Below are positions 44,544 through 57,170 of a DNA stretch of 64,000 bases, in pieces. Origin of the DNA: Chrysomallon squamiferum (lineage: Eukaryota > Animalia > Mollusca). The stretch is taken from assembly GCA_012295275.1 (NCBI GenBank), contig CM022665.1:43462001-43526000 (forward strand), given 5' to 3'. The notes below the pieces were generated by a model. The model was not told the DNA's origin. It did no database searches and saw nothing but the letters and a program-made list of their open reading frames with translations. Positions within the stretch are counted from its first letter, which is position 1. Each line of letters opens with the position of its first letter. The translations under genes were made by a program, and so were the position numbers.

Positions 44544-46104
44544 AATTTAAAAAAATAGCTGCAACAATACAAATTAATAATTAAAATAAATTAAAGAACC
44601 ATTAGTACAAAACCCTGGTCAATCTATTGCATCATAATTCTCCCCCACACCTACGATACCTTCCCCCACGACCTTTTAACTCATTACAGGTCATTCTTTT
44701 TTTCTTCTTTTTTATTTTCCTCCACAACTGTCAAACAACTGGTTTCTGGTGTCAGTGATTAGTAATACCAGCTCAAGACAGATTTTTTTTTTTTTTTTTA
44801 TACCTGACTGAATGAAATACTCGTATGACAACAACGTTAACAACAAAAGTACACATCCTACATCCTGTACAGTTTATCTGATAGTGAGGTCACAAATAAA
44901 ATTTAAAAAAAAAAAATGTTCTCCCCCCTCACGTACTAACCACAAAGGGTCACCTCCATTGATAAACGTATTCTGCTGACGTGATGACGTCCTGTGATCG
45001 AATTATTAATTTCGAGTCGAGTACCGACTTCCTGCTGAAACCAGATTAGGTTTGATTGATAAATTGTTGTGAAAATCTTGACGTCTTTATGGCTAGTTTT
45101 CTAAGTCGCAAGTTGTAAACTTTAACGCTAAAAACACAGGAAATGGGTTCTTAAAAAAAAAAAAAAAAAAAAATTACTTCATTTATTATTATTATTATTT
45201 GTTGTTTTTTTTTCTAAAAAGAAAGAAAGAAAAAAATCTTGTCAATATTTATAATGTGAAAAAATAAATGTTTTATTTCTACTTTTTTGTTTATCGTTTC
45301 CTTCCGTTTTATTTCTGTTCAGTTATTTTTTTCTTTCTTTACTTTTTTTTTTTTTTCTTTTTTTCTTTTCATTTCTTTTTCATTTTTCTTTTTATTGTTT
45401 GTTTATTTATTTATTTATTTTTTTTTTTTTTATTATTTCAGGTTTTTATTTATTACTATTTTAAAAATATTATTTTAGTATTATTTTGGTTAAAAATGTA
45501 TTTAGTCTAAAATTTTTGTTTTCCAAAAATTTGTTACAAATTAAACTTTTGAAAAATGAATAATTTCTTTCTCACATATCTATTAATTCTTTCTTTCTTT
45601 CTTTCTTTCTTCTTTTTAACAAAACTGAATTTATATTTCATGATGGGATATTATTATTCATTTCAATCATTCATCATAATTTACTTACAAATTAGTAAAA
45701 AAAAAAAAAAAAAAAAAAAACCCCCAAAACCACCAACAAAAAACGATATATAAATTTTCAAAATTGATTACAATTAATTACAGCCAACTTTTTCAGAGGC
45801 TTGGTACAAGTCAGTTTTCTTTGCGATTAAATCAGGCTATAAAAGATTACACAAAGAATACGTTATTACTGTTAGGTAAGTAGTATAATAAATCTAAACA
45901 AGATCAACACTTCAGATTTCACAGATTTGACTCTCGTTTCATCATGCTGACCTTGGACAGCTTTGATTAAAGGTACAGGACTAGGGAAACGGTTTTTCCT
46001 TATCCTGTTTGAAAACTAAGAAAAAGATTTTCCTTATGATACATTTATATAAACTAACGTAAAAACGTTCTTTACTTTATTGTCAGTTAATAACAACAAT
46101 TTTG

Positions 46105-46252
46105 AAGGATCAATCTTTCTAAGTGATCTCCTTGAGTTTTTTCTCATTCCAACCAGTAGCTCATAATTGGTTTATCAAAGTGTGTATATGGGAATCAGAA
46201 AGTATATGAAAATTATCCTTTGCTGTTTATTTAAAACAGCAGATTTCCTCTC
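46105..46252 (+). mobile_element. Decayed SINE copy
   Basis: GGATCAATC...TTTCTCATTCCAACCAGT..CATAATTGGTTTATCAAAG...TATGAAAATTATCCTTTGCTG...GCAGATTTCCTCTC has the same block order as 8095-8310 and 46925-47060. Confidence 0.5.
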
Positions 46253-46263
46253 AAAATAAAAAA

Positions 46264-46314
<51 letters not shown>

Positions 46315-46924
46315 GAGCTCTCAAAACATATTTTAACATAATCATTGTTAACCTTTAAAAGTTTCAGTTCTTATTAAATTATCATTTTTTTTATTTCGTT
46401 CCACTTACAAACTGTGGTTTCCCTATGAAGGTGAAAATTCCATCTTATTTAAATTAAAAACAAAATAAAAACTTTTAATATTCATAAAATTTGTTTTAAA
46501 TACATAGTATAATATATTTCCCACAGTATACTACAACACAGAATTCCAGTTGTTCCCCTTTCCAAAGCTCTTTTTTTAATAAAGTCTTTTTTCTTCTTCT
46601 TCCTATCTGAACGTGTAGGTATAATATATTTTTTGTAATAAATGTGATGTCAGACTACGCATGACACTTAAATATATTAACACGAAAGTCAAGAGGTACA
46701 AAGAATTAAACAAAATATCCTTGTTTTGTTTTATTTTTTAGTGAGAGAATAATTATGATTAATTGTTACATATTTCAGGTATTTGTTTAAAGTCTAATTT
46801 ATGGCTCATCTTTATCATTATTAATAATAACCCAGAAGAAGATGTATGGTTATACCTAAGAGTAAAAATTAACATGAGAAAGAAAATGAATTTCAAAGAC
46901 GTGATACATTGTGTTGTTAATTCT

Positions 46925-47060
46925 GCTCTGCTGAGACACCCATTATTTCCCATTCCAGACAGCTGGGTTATCAGAGTTCATCATTATGTACTTTGCTTGT
47001 GTGTATAGGAAGGTGGAAATAAAATATCACTTACTGCTATTCAGTAAGAACAATCCAGGT
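46925..47060 (+). mobile_element. Decayed SINE copy
   Basis: TATTTCCCATTCCAG...CTGGGTTATCAGAG...TATGTAC...GGAAGGTGGAAATAAAATATCACTTACTGCTATTCAGTAAGAACAATCC; same family blocks. Confidence 0.5.
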
Positions 47061-47070
47061 AAAGTTGACG

Positions 47071-47104
<34 letters not shown>

Positions 47105-47130
47105 TCATTTTACAACAACAACAGCAATAA

Positions 47131-47164
<34 letters not shown>

Positions 47165-47640
47165 TGATAATAACAAAAAAAAAAAGAAGTAATAAAATCA
47201 TTTAAAAAAAATGAAATCAAATAAATTAGTAAATTAATTTTTAAAAGTCTTGTACTGACTCCTAATAAACGATAACATTAAAATACAATCAGATGTCAAA
47301 ACCAAATAATTATTTCATTCAATCATTGTTTTCCCAACCAAGTAGCAACCCTATTGTTTATGGATGACAAAGCACACAAGTAATATCTTCCCAAGTAATT
47401 AAATTTCTTTATTTCACAGGTTAAAGTTTCCCTTGACACCCCTGACATTATAAAAAGCTGACAATATGTTATTTTTATGGGAGATGATGTCCTGTAAAGA
47501 CAGGACCACTCGCCGAGAAATTTCACAGTCAGTGGTCAAAACGCACTGGTACCCGACACTACCTGTCAGCAAAGTTTGAAGAACCAGTATAGCCCTGGTC
47601 ACCTTGACATTGAAGACTAACCAATCAGGGCGAACGAGGG

Positions 47641-47960
47641 AGACAAACAGAAGACGCTTTGTGAATTTTTTCTCCGAGATTTATTAAGATTAAAGTGCCA
47701 GACAGACAGATAGACAAACAGACAAAAAGCTTTGTGTTTGCCGAGATTTATTGAGATTAAAGTGTAAGACAGAGTGGACAACAGACAAGACACCGTGGTC
47801 GAAGTAACACCAGAAATCGTGCAACTGTGACATGTGGTCGTTACACGACAAATCGGCTAATTTGCTGTTTTGACACTGCAGTTTATAGTTATTACCAGTA
47901 GTATTAGTAGCTGGGTTTTTATTGAGATTAAAATACGTGACAGACAGAATTACGGACATC
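47641..47960. repeat. ~70-bp tandem duplication (AGACAAACAGA...GCTTTGTG...CCGAGATTTATTRAGATTAAAGTG) plus a partial third copy near 47917
   Basis: Seen directly; preceded by CCAAT at 47621. Confidence 0.8.
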
Positions 47961-50465
47961 AGCAGTTCTGATGTAGTGATAGAGTTTTTGCTGTCTTCAT
48001 TTGACATGGGTTGGCAAATTTGAACTTTTAGTACAGCTTGCTGTTGTTATTAGTATGATTATTGTTAATAAAAACAGAGTGACAGACAGAGAGACGGACA
48101 CTTTGATCTCACTGACATAACAATTCTTCTTTTAAGATGACACTGTCATTTCCTTATTGTGATTAATTAGATAATTTAGTCTTTTGGTCTGAAGGTTTAG
48201 TATTATGCAATTATTTTATGAAGCATAAACTGAAAAAAAACCCACCCAGAAATGCATGATTTGGTGTCATGGATATATCAGAAGTAATATGTCCACGAAA
48301 GCCATTTTTGCCTTCTCTTAAAACTAGTTTACAGATAATATTGTTATTGTCAGGGATTTAGTTTTGCAAAACAGAAAAACAATTTGGTTTCCATATTTTA
48401 AATTGGGCTTCATAAGGCATTTTTTCAAAAGTTTTTTTTAGACAAATTAGCAAATTTGACATTTAAAACTAGTTTACAGATCGAGATACTATTAAAATAT
48501 TTGTGGTTTCTTTATTAAACTGGAAAACAAAACAGACAATTTGGTTTCCTTAACCATGTGATCATAATTGTCTTGTTATTTTTTTCATCTTTTCTTTTTC
48601 CTACAAAACCTTGCTTACAGATGTTGTTAACAATCTGGACATACATTTCAATACTCACTGTTATCAACATTAATACTAGTTCTTTTTGTTTTTTTCTACT
48701 TATCAGTTTAAAACTACGTAAAAACAAAACAACAGACAAACAATGTAGATTTATGAACGTCATGAATCATGCATCTGGTGGTTATAGGGGTCCTGCCATT
48801 CCTGCTTTAGACAAATTAGAAAATTTATTCTTTTGATATTCCGGTGTTAAATCGTGTGGATGGTAATCCCTTTGCATTTTGCGGATGCCATGTTTGTGTG
48901 TTGGCTTCAGGCAGTGACGGTAAATGTCAGCAGTGTTGTAACTTGGTGACAGATATTAATATCATGAAATACTTGGCTTTTAATCAAGCCTTGCGGTTTG
49001 GATAGTAGTATGGCTTGTATATGTGTGTGTGTGTATACATATATATATATATAATTTTTTGTGGGTATATATATATATATGTGTATATATATGTGTATGT
49101 ATGTATATATGTGTATATGTGTGTGTGTGTATATGTGTGTGTATACATGTGTGTATGTATATGGATGTCAGTTTATTAATTTGTGTAAACCTTTTAACTG
49201 CGTAGATATATATGTGTGTATGTGTTTTTATATATGAATGTGTCTAAGTATCTGTGTTTATGTCTGTCAGTGTGCATATCTCTGTATGTGGTATGTATCT
49301 GTATTCAAATATTTTAGGAAGTGACATGTTTAAGAATTAGTCTGTTATTAATTTTTGACATAATGTGGTTAACTCCTCATCCTAATAAAAAAAAAAAAAT
49401 TTTTTTTAACATAACATTTTAAAATCATTCTGTAATTAAAATTATGTTTTTTTTTTAAAAAGAAAAACTATTAAAAGTATCTTGGTTACATACAATTAAC
49501 CTACTGTTATAATTTCATACAAATATTTGTATTTTTTACAGCATGAAAATTTGTTAACTTTACTAACTTATAAATAAATAAAGAACATTTTAGATAAAAA
49601 AGAAAACACCTTTTTTAAAACAACAATACAAGCATGTTTATATTCAGATTAATATATATATATATATTGTATGTACTTTATTAATAGCACAGAAACAAAC
49701 GTTAAACTGCTTATTCATTAATTCATACCACTGCTTTTAATGACTTGTTCAGGAAAAAAGCATATTAAATGCATTAAAGGGAGTCAACCATGTGACCACC
49801 TGAATCCCCACCCACCTGTACCCCCACGGAGAGTCGATCTTCTGATCCATCATACTTGAAACAAGTCTTACACCCCCACCCCCGAAGAAACAGAACGTTG
49901 TCAGTAAAAGGTAATTACGTCGTGAACAAGATTTATTTTACCCCTGAAACGGGAGACCTGTGTAATGTAGTGGAATAAGCTACTTGAATCCACGGACAGG
50001 AAATACTCGGAGACACCACTGAGAGATTAAACTTCTTCATAAAGATTATCCATATTAAATATCCTCGGTGTACGAAATTACAGTGATTATAACTTTAAAC
50101 TTGTTTTTCAGGCATAAAAGCAACCAGTAACTATAATTTTCTTTTTTTTTTCTTTTTCTTTCTTTTTTGGTGAACTATTTTCAGTATGGTTTTGAATTGA
50201 GGATTAACTGTTATTGTGGTAATTATGTGTTTGTTTGTCATTAAGAGATTTAAAGAGAGTCAGTCGTGGATTTGGAGTGCGGAGGAGTGTGGTGTAGTTT
50301 ATCTTGCTAGAATGTCGTGTTTTCTTTATTTAAAAATAGAAAAGAGAAAAAAATACTTTATGAGGCTTTTATTTCTATTTTTATTCTTTGTTCTTTTTTT
50401 TTTAAATTATAATTAAAACAAGTAATGACTAAAGCTTTGGAAAAATTTGCAAAAAATGTATTTTA

Positions 50466-50504
<39 letters not shown>

Positions 50505-51269
50505 GTTTCTTCAAGGAATCATTTGTTTTGTTTTTTCTCAAAATAAAAACACCAGTAGAAATAAAAAAAACAGCAGGAATTACATACGTATTTTATTTCA
50601 CAAATTCTAGCGAATCCTAACTTCATTTAAAAACAATAATAATAATAAAAAAAATTATTTTCAATTTTAGAATGAATTTGAATTTTTTTAAAAATACATT
50701 ATAAACACTTAATCTTTGTTATTAAACAAGTTTGATTTGTATACATCATATGTACAAACGTTGCAAAATTCACATTCCAAACAACACATCCATAAACCAA
50801 TACACTCTCTCTCACACACACATATACACAAATACAATATAAATAAACATAACATACTCATCTCATACATACAAACATTCCATACAGAAAATACACATAA
50901 GTACACAGATTTACATACACATACATACTCTGCACAGATCACACACCTACACACAGGATGCTCACTCCCATAAACACAGAAACTCACATCACACACTCTT
51001 GTGTACACATACCAATAGTCTATATACACCTACATATCAGTAAATATCCATCTCACAGGTAAAAATATTTTGGTACATAATCAGATCCAACAGGTTACAA
51101 TTTAAAAAATAAAAATAATAAAAATCTCCAACCATCTGTTTTCTGTGTGTGGCTGTCTACAGCAGCAGCTAAACACTCACAGATGTTAACCTTATGTTTT
51201 ACACACACAAGAAAAAAACCCACTGGTCACCACAACTTATGTTTGTCCAGGTCACCATAACCCGGAACA

Positions 51270-51830
51270 CCACTAACCTTGGGGCAGGCAGAGGGGAGGT
51301 GTGTGTGTGCTTACCACTAACCTTGAGGGGAGCTGTGTGTTTAGCATTAACCTTTGACATTTCAGCTGGTTTTGTTTAATGACTTCAGTCACCGTAGGCA
51401 GAAACAGAGGGGGTGAGGCTAACCTTTGACATCATAGGTGTGTTGTTTGATGACCGTCTCCTGGCAGTACAAGATGTGGAGGGGGGTGAGATCAACCTTT
51501 GACGTCATAGGTGAATTCTTTGATGACAGTCTTTGGCAGTTCCAGAGGTGGGGGTTATACTAACCTTTGACATCATAGAGTATTGTTTGATGATTGTCTC
51601 CACAGTATCAGGGGAAGAGGTGATACCAACCGTTGACATCACAGTGATAGTGTTTGATGGGCAGAAAGAGGGGGTGCTGAACACCAACCTCTGACATTAT
51701 AGGGTATGCTCTTTGATGAATACCTTTGGCAGACATATCAGGGGTGTGTGTGTGTGTGTGTGTGTGTGTGTTGACCTCTGACCTTTGAAAATATTGAGGG
51801 GGGGTGTTGCGTTTGATGGGCACTGGAGTG
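51270..51830. repeat. Diverged ~65-75 bp tandem repeat (AACCTTTGACATCATAG...TGTTTGATGA...GGCAG...GGGGGTGA), ~7 copies
   Basis: AACCTTTGAC at ~51348, 51421, 51494 and 51562; variants at ~51628, 51686 and 51773-51790. Confidence 0.85.
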
Positions 51831-53039
51831 GGAAATGGACATGGAATTGGTCAGTTGTTTTGACCGATCTGGCTACTAAGTGTTGGTCCATCTGGTGCAT
51901 ATAGATGTGTTGACCTTTTGAGTGGAGGAATTCCCTCGCGTACAGGAAGCGACTGCATGTTTGTATGGTGCGAACATAAATAAATTTACCTCTGTGTGAG
52001 TCTTGATCACTTTTTTTTTTTTTTTTTTTTTATATCTGAGAATATATACTGAAAACACAAAAATACATACATATACATGCAGATGTTGTCATACATACAC
52101 ACATATCTTCAAACTTCACATACTACACACACACACACTTAATATGTACTTATTGTTGTAAAAGACTGTGTTGTAATAAAACAAATTTCAGTTCTCAAAT
52201 TATTAAAACCTAAACACTACTTTTTAGCTCAGGTGTAAACAAAAACTTGTATGTAGAAATACATGGCAGGTTTGGTTTTGTTATAGTTATAAAACAATAA
52301 CAACAAGTCACAATCCATCATAAATTTCACACCCTGCCATTATAAAAAAAAAACAATACAACAACAGTCTTACACTGCACAAAACCCACTATAGTAAACA
52401 CAAACTGTTTTCAAAGTGTGAATTGAGATCATCTGCTGTTTGTCCATCTGGTCAGATTGGTCAGTGGACTGTAGTGACCTTCAGTAAAGGTGAAAACTCT
52501 GACAGGTACAGGATGAGTTGCTTATCAAAGCAAATAAATGAGGTAGAGGAATACCTCCAACATCAAACACAATTTTTTTTTTTTTTTTTTTTTTCATACG
52601 TTGGAGTGTTACTGGTCCCCTGAGTATAATATTGACTTCTGTGTGTTAGAGGGTTAGTTATAGATAAATTATTGAATGTATAAGTTTGCTGTGTAGTATG
52701 TACAAACAATACTAATGGCTTATGTATGGTTTTGTGTGTAACTGGTTGCGTGGATATATAATTTAATTTATATCTGTTCTCACCGCTGTATTGCTAGTTT
52801 TATCAACGTATCCCTAGTCTAACCTTTTTTTCTTTTCTTTTTTTAACTGGTTTCATCTTTCAGTCAGTGCTTTACTGGATTTATCACTTTATATTATTAA
52901 TCTTAAAACATGTTATTTGATTACTGCTCTTATTTTATTAACGTAGTTATCGTTTGTCTTCTTTCGTTTAATTCAGTTAATACATATTTTAATTCTACCC
53001 CAGATCATTAATGATGAATCAAACGTCAACCGTTTGTTT

Positions 53040-53640
53040 GGGAAATGCTGTTGAACCCAAGCCACGCTACTACGTGCCTTGCAGTGACATCTTTAATAAC
53101 TCTCCGAGTGGCAATTAAATCCCCTCACTGTTTGCCTGTCTTTATGTGCATGCCCGCACATCATGCATTGAACATTCACTTAGGCAGGTACCGTTACAGC
53201 CGCCAAAATACCGCAGCTTTTCTCAACGTAAACAACCTGTTTCCCTATAGTCGCATCACCTGTATGCAAATTAGTTCACCGCTTTTCTTTAACGTTCCCC
53301 ATCAATAACGCAGTCCGCTTGTGCAACAATGAACCAATACCAGTTCATTATCTGAAAAGGGGGCGTTCGTTTCGAGGTCTACTGTTAGCGACAAAATTCC
53401 CATGCATTTCCCCGTTTTCCTAAAAATACTTCACTTGGCGACAGATGTTCCATGGAAAAAAAAAAAGGTAGTTGTTATCGTGCACTTTAAAGATCTTGTG
53501 TCCCCATAGAACAAGAAAAGTTTGCATGACTTTAATGGCCACGTTAGCATCAGGTGGAGATAATCTAGGATGAAAAAAAATATTCTTTAAATGAATGAGA
53601 CACGAACGAATAGTGTCGAATATCCGTCACTTACCATGGG
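53040..53640. promoter_or_regulatory. CpG-containing motif-dense island (candidate enhancer or promoter)
   Basis: Octamer ATGCAAAT at 53264-53271 next to CACCTG; also FOX GTAAACA, SOX AACAAT, CCAAT and TACGTG, and many CpGs relative to the surroundings. Confidence 0.35.
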
Positions 53641-54194
53641 GTGAAATGTGGAGCATCGGGTTTACGATGGGGTTTTTTCGGGTGTGGTTTGTTGTTGTTG
53701 GTTTTTTTTTGTGCAGAAATAAAAACAAATAAACTGATCAATAAATAAAGAAAGAAAGGAAGGAAGGGGGCAAAAAAAAGAGAGGTACATTATGGAAAAA
53801 ATTCTACATAAATTAAAATGATAAAATCACACACACACAATACAAATAAAAACGATTTCCGAAATTTAATTTCGATGATCATCATGTACAGTAGTTATAT
53901 ATTATGTCCTGTTAAATTGTGGCTCAAGGATGATTAAAGGGTAAAGGTCACGTTTTGTTCTGTTATTAAGATTAATTGACACGATGTGCCATCCTAACTG
54001 CACTTACACCGCGCATCAAAGCAGTTTACTGTAACCAGTCTAATTACCAGTACCAGTCAATCTCTGTAATCACGTTAATAGGTCTCAAACTCCACATTAA
54101 TTTGACAATATTTGTTTGTGGTTTTACTCTTGTTTGATTTACAGCGAGGTCAAGTAAATAAATAAAATGTTCATACTGTGATGCAGTTTGTGTG

Positions 54195-54280
54195 CATTTT
54201 AATTTTGAGAAAAATGTAAAACATTTGCGATTTTTAACATTAATTATTAAATAACCTCTGACCTTTTTACTTGCATATAG
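54195..54280. repeat. Left arm of 86-bp inverted repeat (partner 57085-57170)
   Basis: Ungapped reverse-complement match, 78/86 identical by hand comparison. Confidence 0.9.
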
Positions 54281-55564
54281 ATTCAGTACTCATGTTTTTC
54301 CAAAAACTTTAAATAAAAATTAATATTCGAATTAAGTGCCAAAGTGCTGGCGTTTTAAAATATTTTTTTAAATAAACTTCATCATTCTGTAACTGTTGTC
54401 TTTTTGCTTTGTTTCTGACTGACACCAGTGGTGCATATTTTATACATTTTAAGAACAACAGATATAGTATTTAAGTTTTTATCACACCATTACCATTTCA
54501 AGTACTGTTACTACTACTACCACCATCACTACTATTACTATACTACAACTACTGACAATTGTACCATTACTATTACTTCTGATACTACCATTACAACTGC
54601 CAATACCATTATTATTACTATTATAATAAAAGTATCACCACCACCACCACTATTATAACCAAACTATTATACTACTACTGCCACTACTCCTATTACTATT
54701 ACATTTATTAATGTTACATTTATAGCAGTAATGATTATCATAAAGCATCCTTAAACTATTATATATCTGCAGACAAAAAACGGATTATCTTTAAACAACT
54801 GATAAAATATCAGTCATATAAAAAAAAAAAAAAAAAAATCACATTCACTATTATTTCACTTCTCTCAGATAATCCAGCCTTCAGTCTTTTATAATAATAA
54901 TTATCAAGAAAGTCAAGGACAGATAGAATTTAATTTTATTTTTTTCCTTTATTTATTCTGTGCCTATGTTGACTTACACTGCAGCAACTCAATAAACTGA
55001 CTCATTATCTCCACTGAGTGACTGGGTAAACATTTTCAAAAGGACAGGATCTCACTTTTCCTTCTCTTATAGTCAAATGAACACTAAAGACTGTGTATAT
55101 GAAGAAGACATCCCAGTAACAACCTGTTTCCATTCAGCAGCTGTTGTTATTCAGAGAGAGAGAGAGAGAAAAAAGAACTTCCTTATTAAATTATAGGGCT
55201 TAAGTTTATTTATTTTGATATCCACTGAAAATAATTTCCTCACATTAGGAAACCATTTAATTATATATCTTTTATTTCTTTTTCTTTTTTAAATCTTTAT
55301 CTTTTTATACTTGTCTTCTGGAAGTATCTATCATTTGTCATGTTTAAATCAAAGGGTTTTTTCTGAGAGGATGGTATGGTAGAGTGAACAACCCCTCTCA
55401 ATTAATATTCTCCCCTTTTTGTAAAGAATCCTCAGTTCAAAACAGTAACAAAATGTTTAATAAAATATTTCCATTATCAAAAAATCATCCTTGGTTATTT
55501 CTTTTTTTTTTTTTTTTTTTTTTTTTTTTGGGGGTGGGGTGGGTGTGAATCCAAAGTGTTGTAT

Positions 55565-56045
55565 GCTGACCATGCTCTACAGGGGAGAATGTTGTGCAGT
55601 GACCATCCTCTGCCTCAGGGGATATTGTCCATGTCCAGCCTGTCTATACAGTCTGTAGTAAGTACCCAGTAGAGAAGAGGTTATTGTCCTTGGGTGGAAA
55701 AAAAATTCAGGAAGAATATTGTTACTGTATGTGTAGGGTATTGTCTGAAGATCCCCCTTGTTTAAGGGACAGTTTTATTCAATGATCACCCTCTATAAGT
55801 TTTTTTTTTATTCAGTAATAATCCTATGTAAGGGAACCTTTTGTTAAATGACCATATACAACTGCCAAGCGAGAGTTTTGTTCACTACCCCCCCCGTCTA
55901 TAAGGAGAGTTTTGTTCAATGGCCCTATCCAATATAAGGAGGTTTTTTTTTAAGTGACGGTCTCTCCGTAACTATGGGAATTTTTTTTTTGTTCAACGAA
56001 CCCCCTCTATAAGGTACAATTTTGTTCAAAGACCACCCTCTACGA
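55565..56045. repeat. Degenerate ~35-bp tandem repeat (GACCAYCCTCTATAAGGAGAGTTTTGTTCAAT)
   Basis: Recurring CTATAAGG, TTTTGTTCA and GACCA blocks; may be a remnant of a non-autonomous DNA transposon's internal array. Confidence 0.65.
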
Positions 56046-57084
56046 CTTCCCCTAGGGTGATTACTGGTCTCACAAACTGGTTACCTACTCGTTTCAAGGG
56101 CCCGCGATCCCGGGATACATTGTTACCGACTGGCAAGAAGAAGCCTGTGGTTTCGAATAAAGGAAATGAAGTCTTGAACTTCTTTTAATGTTGGCTAACT
56201 TCATCTTGACATGCCCTTCATATCACGCAGCATAGTCGAAGTGGGTGTTGTTCGCCTGCGAATATGCTCTGCAGGTGTCGGCCAGACTTCGCCGGTATTA
56301 TTCTTCTGTGTCCCGCGGCAAACTTTATTTCCACCAATTTTATGGGACGCCCCCTCCGTTTTAATGTGACATAAAGATTAGATAGTGTGCAACGGGGTCT
56401 GTGGGTTACCGTGGAAATGATGTCGCTCCAATTATACTTTATCAGAAACGTTTTGATTTACTCCTGATACAGAAATGTTACTTCCTTCGTTGTAAGAATA
56501 AAGTTTAAAGTGTTACGACTTTGTTTTTTTTTTACTTTTCTTTGTCGGTTTTTTTTTTTCTTTCTTTCTTTTTTGCTTTTGCGGTATTGTTTATATTATA
56601 ATGAGATTAATTTTAAATTAAATGGTTTTTTTTATTATTATTATACTTTTTTTATTATTTAGTTAACATTTTATTTTATTTTTTAAATTTGTACAGGACT
56701 GCAGTATTTGTTCAAAGTTTGATCATAATTTTTCTTCTGTTAATTTTATTTATCTTTCATTATATTATTTTCTTTCTTAATATTTTAATTACATCAAATA
56801 CATTTTATTCTCAAGGCCATATTTACTGTGTAAAACTTAATGCTCTTTAAATGCACCACATCACCTTCGTTTTTATTTTGTTTTATTTCTTTAAACTTTA
56901 TTTTATTTTAGCTCGACTGGAAGGCAGTTTCCGAGCTGATGTTGAAAAAGGGAAATTGAACAAAACCATTTCACTCCGTTTGACTGCTAACACATGTTCC
57001 AGCCTATTGTGTTCTGTTGTGTATTGGTGCACAGTTTCAAACTAAACTGTAGCCTTTGGTTTATTTTCTCGTTAATGTGGGTAC

Positions 57085-57170
57085 CTGTATGCAGGTGAAA
57101 AGGTCAGAGGTCATTTAATAATTAGTGTTAAAAATCACAAATGTTTTACGTTTTTCTCAAAATTAAGATG
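57085..57170. repeat. Right arm of 86-bp inverted repeat; contains DR1 AGGTCAGAGGTCA
   Basis: Reverse complement of 54195-54280. Confidence 0.9.

Noticed and set aside
51505-51823. Thr/Ser-rich mucin-like ORFs on the minus strand
   Set aside because: They derive from the ~70-bp repeat, whose unit lengths do not preserve frame, and stops are frequent.
56040-56450. GC/CpG-rich stretch as a coding exon
   Set aside because: The frames I translated close within a few tens of codons with no recognisable motif; more likely regulatory or repeat-derived.
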